Positions 21,038 through 31,800 of a stretch of DNA of 64,000 nucleotides are shown here, in pieces (the first letter of the stretch is position 1; each line of letters opens with the position of its first letter). Made by a program: the position numbers and the translations under genes. Below the pieces are notes generated by a model. That model ran no database searches. It was not told the origin of the DNA and saw only the letters and a program-made list of their open reading frames with translations. The stretch comes from Klebsormidium nitens (taxonomy: Eukaryota; Plantae; Klebsormidiophyceae), in assembly GCA_000708835.1 (NCBI GenBank), contig DF236968.1, positions 248,001 to 312,000 on the forward strand, written 5' to 3'.

Positions 21038-23068
21038 ATGGCGGAAGAAGCGGCGCAAGGCGTGGAGAATTTGAACTTGGCAGCCGATGGGGGAAAGAAG
21101 AACAGAATACAAGTGTCGAACACAAAGCGACCAGTAAGAGACTGCACTTCTCTTTGCATAAGACCTCAGGTGTAGGTATATTTGATGCAGCGTGCAAATT
21201 GGTGTCGTGGTGTGGCTGAAGTTGCAATTTTGACCATATTTGACTGACGCAATTGCTGCCCTTGCAGCTCTTCTTCTATGTCAACCTGGCAAAGGTAAGT
21301 TTGAACCAGCTAGATCCAAAACACAATGAGTTTTGAAGAATTAGTCAGGAAATAGTGGAAATTTTCAAGTTTCTGTTTGAGTCTCGTTGAATATCAGTGG
21401 CTGGACACAAGCTAGAGCCTGTCAGCAGATCAAGCATCCACTCCTTTCTGATTGCGGAGTGCCATGCTGATGCGGAAGTGGTCGCGCGCGTTGATCGACT
21501 CCACAAAGGGTGGTCTTGTTGCTGGGAGGAGAAATCTTTACCATGCCAATAGTTGCGGGTTGTTCACTGGTGGTTGTGTTCAATACCACCATGTGCGGTT
21601 TTCTCTGGTAACGAGCAAAACGCCTCGTTTTCTAATCATCGAGACAGCATCACAATTGACCTGTTCATCTTGCAGAGGTTCATGGCTCAGCATGGGGAAG
21701 TGGAATTGTCAGCTCTAGGTGAGCAGATTAGCTTCCTGTGCAGATTCAGCGGCGTCCGTAACAGTTCCACCAGATTGTCCATGAACCTAGTTGCTTTTGC
21801 CTGGTTCTATCAGTTTCCTGCGTCGAGCTGCACACTTTCAGAGTCCAAGACTCGCATCACAATTTCCGGTTGTTGCACAATCATGCAGTGAGATCTTTGT
21901 GATAATTGACCATACCATCAGTTGCCTTTCTCTTTCGCCAGGATTATGGAGGTATTGAAGCTGTTGGGAGGTCGGGCGGAACCTTCTCAGCAATGTTGAT
22001 CGAGCAATTCATGACTGATCTATATGCATGCTGTTTCGCAGGCATGGCTATCGCTACGGTGGTCACGGTTGTTGAGATCTTAAAGAATAGCGGACTAGCG
22101 GTAGAAAAGCGTGAGTGGTACTTGTTCAGGCACTCTTGCACTCACTGTGACTGCGGCCCTGGGGGCCAGTTTTGCAGTTGATAGTCTGTTGAGAAGTAGA
22201 GAACTTTCTTCTGTCATTTGCTGAACTGGGGCACAAACAAGCGCTCATTTGGCAGTCTGCTGAAAGTTTGGCATTAGTCGCTCCGCTGAGATACAGGGGC
22301 CTCATCGGAAAAGATTGTGGTTCTGTTGAGATGCATCACTTTCTAAGGACGTTGGCACTTGTTCAAAAGCGCAGTATGCACATGAGTACCATTTGTGGAT
22401 GCAGAGATTATCACGTCGACGGTGGACATGAGGGACGAGTCTAGAGGGCGGCCAATCCAGAAAGCCAAGGTGCGTAGCCGGCCCTTCGGTTTCTGAAAAC
22501 TTTCAGCAGGCTCGGGCCTGTGTCAGAGTTTTTGCCTGTGCAGGACTCACAGTGCATGGGACTGTACGGCAAGGCATTATGTTGTATTCTTGCAGAACTC
22601 TCTTTCTTGCAGAATACTCCACGCATTTTGGCTCTTTCAAAGCTCAAGATCAGATGCTTATAAGAGATTGGGCAGCCTTTCGATTTAGCAGGGATGCAAA
22701 GAGATTTTCAGTCTCCTGTGCAGTGGATTTGTGGGTATCTGCTGGTTAAGATTGTCTCAAACCTCTGGCTTGAGTTCAGCCCCTTTTTGAGTCGCGAAGT
22801 ATCATGCATGGGAACAGCTTGTGTGTGGATTTCACAGTCTCTTGTTGGATCTTCGGTTTTGACACGTCCCTTTTTGGTACACAGTCTCTTGTTATCTCGC
22901 AATTGTTGTATCACATGTTCGTTGCTATTCTTGTGATGGGGGACCTCAATTGTCTGTTTACAGCTTGAGATTGTTCTCGAGAAGTCAGAGCGGTTTGAAG
23001 AGCTTATGGCTGCTTCAGCCGGCGAAGAAGAAGGGGGAGAGGAGGAGGCTCCTGAAGAGGAGAGTTGA
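21038..23068 (+). CDS. ALBA: Alba-family DNA/RNA-binding protein (short plant-type Alba), 6 exons
   Basis: Exons 21038-21133, 21268-21294, 21676-21718, 22042-22110, 22405-22469, 22964-23068. Translation: KKNRIQVSNTKRPLFFYVNLAKRFMAQHGEVELSALGMAIATVVTVVEILKNSGLAVEK..TSTVDMRDESRGRPIQKAKLEIVLEKSERFEELM, then an acidic tail. Confidence 0.93.
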
Positions 23069-24251
23069 GAGTCACCAACGGCCCCGAACTAAAACGCAGT
23101 TGGAAAGATAGGGCCTGCAAGAGAAGGGCACAACAGATGAGCGGGCATTGGGCTTCCATCCGCGCGCAACAATCGATCATGTAACTATAACTTCTTACGC
23201 GTCGCGTTAGTTAGGGCTCGCATAGACCTAATTACTTCCGCGGCCTGGCTCATGCTGAGCTGAACCGTGACTCTCAATCTGCGGTGGACGTTGGTACTTT
23301 TGATAAGAATTACTGTAGACACTTGACTATTGCCGAAACGTTGGATTTGGAATGAATCTAGAAGACGGAAACACGGGACAATGTTAGATTTTTAGATGCT
23401 TCGGATTCTTCCTATCGAAATGCTAGGGTCACGGTGGTGTGGATCATAGGTGTGGCGGAGGAAGCCCACAGGACGGATCACAATTTTAAAGTCTTTGCTA
23501 CACGTTCATGTGCAAGCATGTAGGAATGGCTCCAATCATTTGTTTTACGATCTTGACCAGTTGCTGTTAGATACTTACAATGTGCAAACATAACAAGTGC
23601 TGATAAGTCACGATCCGTACGTGCGGCCTGCGGTCTGTGCACTGCGCAACGGTACTGCAAAACTAGCATGCAAAGCTCGCAGGCGGAATTGTCATGGTCG
23701 AATCAGTACCGTATACTCCTTGCATATACCGTATTCTGACCGTTATCAAATTGCATATGTACACATGTATGCCACCTCAACCGCCTTGCACCAACTCACG
23801 TAATGGCCACTGTTAAGCTCTTATACTAGTAGTGAAAGTGCTCCCGGCTCTGCCTCTCGAGATACACTCAAAGTATGATGATTGCCGGGTGGTGCTTTTC
23901 TGAGCTCGAAAAGTAACCAATCCACGACATGCCATGATGCTGTTACAGACCCTGGAACACAAGACATCGTTGGTAAGTTACGGTGTTGATGTGCCCATTT
24001 GTGCACGCATGCGAGAGGTGCAATCATTGCACGCTACAAAGTCGGTGAGTCTTCAGGCCGCTTGGGTGCATGAAGAACAAACTGAGGGATGCTTCCAGCA
24101 TAGAGTACCCATTCCAGATGCGTGTGTCTTTCACCAAATTCCATACACAGCGCGGCATACTCAAAGGAACCCGACCAGACAGCGGGTCCTGTTGCAGCCC
24201 AAGGATCCCATAGAACCACCCTCAAATTGAAACAGCCCCAATCCCAAAAGC

Positions 24252-27200
24252 TCAGTCCCAAATGCCTTCGTCTGGTTCCTCGTCGTCCGAGTCGAACTCT
24301 GCAACGAACAGCGCCGCATCGAAACCGTTTGCGTGGAGTTGGGCGTCCGGAAGCGGAGGCACGGGCGCGTCTGCACAGTACTCCAGAACGCGATCCCCTT
24401 TGGGCGCCGGCCGGCACCGGAAGCAAGGCAGCGCGATGCCAACCGCCTTCACATGCGTAATGCTGCAAGCAGAGTGTCCAAGGAGCGTTACATCCAACCG
24501 GTTGACTCGAAGCTCTGATGCACATCTCAGAACGTTCCAGGTCTGTGGTCAAGAGGCTGCCCAAGTCGTCGTAAGCCGCTGGTTAAGGCAAGGCTAACCG
24601 AGTGACCAAGTGTAGGAGAAATTGTCGGAAGTCCTCTGGTTAGGGAAGGGTGTATGGACTCATCAGGTGTAGTCAAAGCTGCCGTAGTCGAGGAGAACCA
24701 GGACTCACAAGCTTTTATGGAGATTGTCGTAGTCCGTTGGCCGTCAGTTTCAAGGGAGGGGTTTCCTGAACGGACCAGGTGTAACAGAAATTGTTGAAGT
24801 CCTTTGATTAGGAGAGGACTAAAGGACTGACCAGCTGTGTAGTGAAGGCTGTCTTGGTTAAAGAAACCTTAAAAACTGACCAGGTGTAGGAGGGTTTGTC
24901 GAAGTCTTCTGGTTAGAGTAGACCTGACCAGGTGTAGTAAAGGCTTTCGTGGTCAAGGGGAAGGTTAAGGACTGACCAGGTGTAGTAGAGGTTGTCGTAG
25001 TCCTCCTGGCGCTGCACCTTGCCAATCAGGTCCACCCTCAAAACGCCGTCCGAGCACAGCACTGGCGCGGGAAGATCGAAGCGCTGTAGCGTATCCTCCT
25101 GGAGATTTGACACGACTTTGTTTTGATCATGTGTACATTCTCGACTTTCGTTTTGAATTCCCCTCTGCTTCATTGATTCTCCCTCATTTTTCCGTCCGTC
25201 GATCCTTCAGCGTAACATTAAGTGGTCCGCCGTCTCGTTTGTCTATTTCTGACGGATAAAGTTTTTGCTTCGTTCATCGACAACAAAAATCGGAATAAAA
25301 CTTGCTGCACTGTCCGCACTCAGAAGAAAAAAGTAGGAAGACGAGTCAGTATGTTCGTATTCTCTGGAGCTTCATAAGGTTTCAGAGGCACAGAAAATCA
25401 GGGGGAAGCAACAACGGGACCGCTACTTTTCCGGAGTAGCGAAGAAACGTGCCTTGAGGAAACGAAGATAAGAAGGGAGCCCTCAGCCCACCTGCGCCAT
25501 AGGGTATCGCGGCGATTCATACGTCCAGATATAATCCGCCTCCCGAAACTTGTCCCGTCTCCTCCCGTTCCCCGCCTCGTCAGGCCACACCCCGTGCTTC
25601 GGGGTCGCATTCGCACCGTCGACGTCCATTGCGGTCGGATTATCGGGGGTTTTCCGGTAACCCAGTTTAAAGCGCACTTGTGCGGACGCGTAGACGGGCT
25701 GCTTGGGCTGGAAGAAGGCTGGTGGGGAGATATGAAAACGGGTTAGCTGGAAGGAGGATGATTAGAACAACATTAAGCCGGTTTAATTCGGGGTATAACT
25801 CTAAAACGAACGGCAGAGAAGGATAAGGAGGCCGCTGCTGGAAGAGTCGGGAGGTGTGATTGACGCTCGAGCAGAAGTTGAGGAGCGCAAACTTAATGAC
25901 CCCGGGTTTGTGCACCTGAGACGGTGGTGAAACATGAGGAACGGAGATATTGGAGCCCGCATCGAAGTAGAAGGGGGCCCCAGGTGGTTTTCTGTCAGGT
26001 GTTAAGAAGTCCAGGAAGAAGCGGTTAAAGGTACAAGGGATTGTTAAGCTGTTTCTGCGAGGCGGCAGCAGAGTCATGACCGCTCACGAACGACTGAAAG
26101 TAAGGAGCACGAGACAAATGGCTGTCGAATTTGAAATCACAATGATTCTGGACTAAGAATACAAGAACCATGGAGTTGAGAAGCCAGGTTTAAGTCTGCG
26201 ACTTCTATATCAAATGCTGCCTAAGAAGACAATCGAGACGCTCGGAATGATGTTGGCGGATACGTGACCAGCATTTGAGCCTCACGAAGTTGGCAGTGAA
26301 TATCATGGCATCAAGTTGCAGCTGCAACAAGCGCCACTGTATCGCTCACCTTTGAATGGCCTTACGTAGAAGCTCCTCACCTGCAGTCGAAGTACGAAAC
26401 AGTCTCAGCTGAGCAGCCGTGACAAATGAGCACTAAGTCAAAACCTTAAAAGGTCAATCCCGGAGGTATTACTGGCGCAGCAATTAGGTTCGCAGCGGGG
26501 CAGCGAAGAAGGTTTCCTGGAACAAAGCATTGGACTTGGCGACGGCAACACTGCAGCAAAACCGAACCCCAGCCTCCGGCCAAGCAGACGACAACTTCCA
26601 AAGAAATTTACGAACCACGTCTCAAAGTACCACTGAGGCCGTCTGCCTTGCATCCCCAACTGATGAACACCTTGAGATGCATCTGCTGCAAAGCAAAAAT
26701 AGACACCTTGGGCCACAGCAAAATCCCTACTTTCTCCATCAAAACGCCACCCTTCGTTCCAGCCCCACAACCAACCAGCAGACCACCCCCTGCCTTCATC
26801 TTTGCAAACAATTGAACGCCTCCACACAAAACCATCAAGTGACAGATAGTAGAATCGACTTTGACCAGAAGTCTCGTTGATAAACTCTGGAAGTGCTCTC
26901 ACCACACACATCGGCCCGGCGAGATTATACAGCAAGCTCTCGTCCTTGTTGGCATACGTGTCCCCCTTGCTGCTCCAATAGCATGCCTGCAGCATGTTTC
27001 CCGTGCGCTCGCGCGCATTCTCCTTCAGTGTCTTGCTGATGCACTCCTCCGGGTAGTTGTCCGTCGTCGACGCCGCGATCGCATCCACAATCAAGTTCCG
27101 CGCCCCGTCCGAAATGCGCCGCACGCCGTCCGAAACGCCAGAAGCCCCGTCCGAAAGTCTATTGTGAGCGTTTAAGAGGTCTCGCACTTCGTCCGGAGGG

Positions 27201-27841
27201 TTTTGGACATTTCGAGGAGGCGGGGCTGCGCCATTTGAGAGCTGCCGAACGCCGTCTAGAAAGCTGCGGATGCTGTCCGAAAGGTGCCGCGCACCATCCG
27301 GAGCTGCCGGACCCGTTGCGCCGCCGTCCAAAGGATCTCCCCTCTCGACGAGGACTCCGCTCAGGTGCTGGAAAAGCAGTGCCTCCTGCAGGTCGGGAGC
27401 CAGGCCCAAAAACCACTGCCCCAGGGGGGTCTTCCCCAGCCGTTCGGCGGGCCCGCTTACCCCCCCACCGCAGAAAGGAGCGCCACTTGGAGCAACGAGG
27501 CGGTTGCATAGGGCGCGCCACGAGTGGCCCTCGACGATCACGCGCCGCCAGTCCCGGCACACGCCCATCGCCGCTTTCAGATCAGGGGGGGAGAGCAGAT
27601 GCTGAAAGATGGCATGCAGGCTGTTCTCGTCGAGCTTCCCTGCGGCGCTCCCTGCGTCGACACTCATGCGGTCTGCCGCAACTTCTGCTTGGCTGCCAAA
27701 CCCCAGGTCTGCTGGGGGGCGTGATGTCACATCTTGTGCGCCAAGGTCGTCAGTGCTTTGAGAGAGGAGGCGGCGGCGGGTGGGGGATACCGACCAAGGG
27801 CAGAGGTCCGCCTGCGCCACCCCCGCACCGGCCATCTGCAA
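24252..27841 (-). CDS. F-box protein, At4g00755-like (F-box plus C-terminal beta-sandwich-type domain), 5 exons
   Basis: Exons 27841-26903, 26380-26350, 25718-25492, 25098-24977, 24462-24252. F-box: LDENSLHAIFQHLLSPPDLKAAMGVCRDWR. Family motifs recognised from memory: ASTTDNYPEECISKTL, YWSSKG, PFKAFFQPKQPVYASAQVRFKLG, LQRFDLPAPVLC, IGKVQRQEDYDNLYYTCITHVKAVG. The start codon is uncertain. Confidence 0.85.
24600..25010 (-). repeat. Array of about 7 degenerate ~50-bp copies of the F-box exon 4 3' end plus donor site
   Basis: The plus-strand motif actgac-caggtgtag... recurs at about 24602, 24657, 24703, 24771, 24826, 24875 and 24923. The functional junction is at 24971-24977. Confidence 0.85.
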
Positions 27842-28818
27842 TGAGCTCAGAGGAGTACGCGGAACCCCCGATGTCGCCTAGGGCAGCTGGATGCCTATGC
27901 CATGCACGCCACCAAATAGCATGCAACTCAAAGCAGGCTGAAAAGGGGTTTGAATTCAGTCAGGAATACACAAGGGCAGCGGTACCCCCGGCTTAAATCC
28001 GTGTTGATGCACGCAGAGGTTTGAGTGGTGCTCACTGCTCAAGGGTTCAGCCCGCCACACTAGGCTCCTCCGTTCGTTAGCTGAGCGCAACTCCAACTTC
28101 CAAGCTGGACTTTGCAGTCTTTTGCCATTGGTGCCTGCTCAGGCTGCTGAAATGCTCCTCTCGTCGTCGCTCACGAGTGCTTTTGAGAGCCATTTCAGTC
28201 CCCTCTCCAGCTTTGATGTTGAACCATTCAATTCGAGCTGTCACCAACCGACGGCTATGAGAGGCGAGGGCCAAGATAGAAAGCGGCAGATTGAAGCCGT
28301 TGATTAGACGAGTAGGCCGATCCACGGCCAAAGGATGTTTATGGGTCAGCAAGCTTTGACAGGTGGCAGGGAGGCCTTCCAGGCTCCAGCTTCCCTTGTG
28401 AACACACCTTGCTCGTGAAGTTCGAGCTGCAAATGTTATCTGCTTTCAGGGGGAGCGCTTTGCTGGTGCCAATCTCGAAAAGGGTCACCACAATTATAGG
28501 TTTCCAAGAAGGAGAGCCTTCCACACTGAGGTCGACGACAGCGCTTATTGAAGACAGAAGTGCGCTTCGTTAATCTTGGAGTGCTTGCAGGATGTTGAGA
28601 GCTTGTGGCGGAGTACTGAGAGTTGAATTTCGGTCAACCATACTTTTCCATCAGAGTGTAGCCTGATTGGCGACTGTGCCATTGACAATAGAACTTGAAA
28701 GCATAGCTTGAACTTTCTGGTCAGCTGTGTTTCACTTTCAGCCTTGATAGACAGAAAAAGTTAGCTACTCAAGCAAAGGAGCCCCCTTGCATGGTGTGGC
28801 CATCCTGACTGTGTCGAA

Positions 28819-31800
28819 ATGGCAGACTCCTGGGTGGAGCTACATAACCTGGCACTGGAAGTTGCGGGGTTCTTTGTGCTTGTGTCCGTGTCGCTCTCAG
28901 CGTATCTCATCCTTCAGCACTTCACAGCTTTCAATAAACCAGAGGTGAGCTATACACAATGAGCTGAAGTCTCCTTGGTCAGAGATAGACAAAAGTTATG
29001 CTTCATGACCAAGTACACTCTCGTTCCCAAGCTTGTTTCTTCATCTTGCTTCACTGACCGAAAGAAAGGCAGGCTTATGTGTAAGCGAGCTCTCAGCACT
29101 TGATTGGCTTCATTAAGTTTCTCACCTTGAGAAGCACTGTTGGCTCCTTGTGGTTTGCAGTCCATCTCTGAAAAGTGAGCTTTGAAACATGCGTCTCATG
29201 CAGGAACAAAAATGGATTGTGTGTTGCATCTTCATGGTCCCGGCATACTCGATTGACTCGGTAAGAAACGATTTTCTCTTCTTCCTTCTTCCTTCTTCCT
29301 TCTCCCTCCTCTCAACCTAATTTGAGGCTGCTCTCCACTAAAACTGACACACTCTCGAAGTTGGCTCCTCTGCCAGAGGGAGGGAGGGGAATTGCGTTCA
29401 ATCGTCAGAACTTCTGTTGAAGCTCATGTCCTCCGCTCAGATAGTGCCCAAACAAGCTGCAAGCGTTGCCTGCACTCCTGGATTTGGCTGCATGCATTTG
29501 TGTACTGGAGCTGTCTGCGCTGTCAATCGGGATTGTGCTTGTAACGCAAGCTCGTGTGCATTGAACCCGTGTTCAACAATGCTGAATGAGTCAGCTGGCA
29601 TCTAATAGTCAACCTCCTCAAAAGAAGTTGACACTCATCACTTTCTGCGATGGTGGTGCACCAGGCACAGATGTACACATCAGGTTATCATGGTGTCATA
29701 AATGTGCTGTTCCCAATGAAGTGACACAGAGCTTTCCTTGCAGTGGATCACCCTCAAGTATCCGCAAAGCGCCCTAATATTCAACCTTCTGCGGGACTGC
29801 TACGAGGCCTACACCATCTATGCATTCGGTAGCTTCTTGATAGAGTGCATGGGTGAGTATCTGTCTCTTCTACTATTCCTGTTCCCTATCGTGTTCCATT
29901 CCATCTGTCTATTCTTCTATTCCCTTCTATTGGTTTCATTCCTTCAAATGAAGGGGCTGACTTTACAACTTCAGGAAAGAAAAATTTCGCTTTTGCGCAA
30001 CTTCTGCCGTGTGAATCTTGCTAGTTTGCAATTTCGTTTTGTCTTTGCCTGCCTAAGGCTTAAAGCAGTTGTTATGACTTGTGGGAAAAGTTGTGGCTGC
30101 AGGCATGCCCTTGATAACCTTTGTCTCAGCTTCAGGAAGGTTAGTTCGGCCTCCTGTCAGAAGAAACAAGGTCTACGCTTGACATTACAACTTATCTCGT
30201 TTCAAAGCTCGTCCGTTCATCTGTTCATGGACAAGAGGCCTTCAGCTTTTGGTCTGTAAAAGAAGGCCCCGAGTGCCAGATTCAGATTGTTTTTTGATGG
30301 CAGTAATAATTATGTTATTAAGCAAGAGTGGTGGAGCCAAATTTGCAGTGTGTAAGACTTCCTGGGACGCGATTGTCAAAGCAAACGCAATGATCCGCGC
30401 CTTTTGGTGGTGCCTTCAGAGGTCTTATGGTCGAAGACTTGCCCATAACGAAGACCTCAAGGCACTTACAAGCGAAATGCGCCAGCGTTCGACCTAAGCG
30501 ACAAAGTTTGCAAGAAACAATGTGCGTGGCAAAGCCTGGCGGGTTAGCCCACCGGTTAAGCTGCTAACCCTGACTCTACCCAACCTCTTATTTTCTCTTG
30601 ACCAGGGGGAGAAGACAAGGTTATCCAGAAGCTCGAAGCAAACGTGGAGAAGGTCCCGACATCGCAGACGCCGCTGCTGGAGGCTGGTTATGGCGGGAGC
30701 CGGGGGCCAGTTCTTCTTTACTCCCGGGACGAGCTCTTTTACCACCCGCCCCCAATGTGCTGCCTACCTCCATGGCGCATGGGGAAACAGTTCTACATGG
30801 CGATCAAATTTGGGACCGTGCAGTATGTGAGTCGGACGAACGAAGATGACTTCGCCGGAACGTTCTGTTACTGGCACCTGCAGGGTTCGCGTGATTGTCA
30901 ACGCGTTTTGCCTTTCGCACAAAGTGATGTTGTTGGCTGGGCTTTTAGTGGAAGCGCCACAGATGCCAGATCAGAAATCGTGGTTCCATGGAGAAAGTAA
31001 AAGTTGCATCCGCAATCCTTGCCGAGCAATCTATCTTGAGGCCTTCGTCTCTCGCACAGAAAGTGTAACCAGTAGTCTATGTTCAAACGCCCTGGACTGG
31101 TTTCTGTGGAGACCGGAGTCGTAAATTTGAACCGATTCTGGTGTATTTGGCGCACGCAGATGATCCTCAAGGTGCTGTGCACGCTTGCCACGTGGATTCT
31201 TAGCCTGGCGCATGTGTACGGGGAGGGCGAATTCAGGTGGAACCGGGGGTGAGTCTCAACGATGATCGACCCGAGTGCTTTGGAGCTTTGAATGTCTTTT
31301 CTGCTCCAACCCTTGCCTTTGCGATGTTTCGAAGAAGCATATCGTAGACTTTAGCGGTTTGAGGATTGGAACGAATTGGGTGAAACAAAACGGCAAATGG
31401 ATGAGTCCCAAGGGGAAAACATAGTGCCTCCTTTTCCTTTTTAATGCTTCCGCAACGATAGTTTCAAGCCACTGACAGGAACCAAAGGAATTTTGGCGAA
31501 TGGTAGACGATCTCACCGCTCACAACTGAAACTTTCTTACGGTCCGCTCAAGGTCTCGTCTGTTGTCTCATCTTTTAAGACACTCGTAGAATCCTTCCGA
31601 CTGAATCCCGGCCGCTCTTTTCGCAGCTACCCATACATCGCGACAATCATCAACTTCAGCCAGATGTGGGCCCTCTACTGCCTGCTCCAGTTCTACCTGC
31701 ACAGCAAAGAGTGGCTCGCGCACATTAGCCCCGTCGGCAAGTTTGCGTGCATCAAGGCCGTCATCTTCGTCACGTGGTGGCAGGGCCTCGCGATTGCGCT

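Noticed and set aside
24600-25010. CRISPR-like array (regularly spaced short repeats)
   Set aside because: The repeats are degenerate copies of the adjacent exon end plus donor site, the 'spacers' are related to each other, there are no cas genes, and the context is a eukaryotic intron.
27159-27996. Plus-strand ORFs overlapping the F-box first exon
   Set aside because: GC-rich shadow frames; the minus-strand frame carries the F-box and family motifs.
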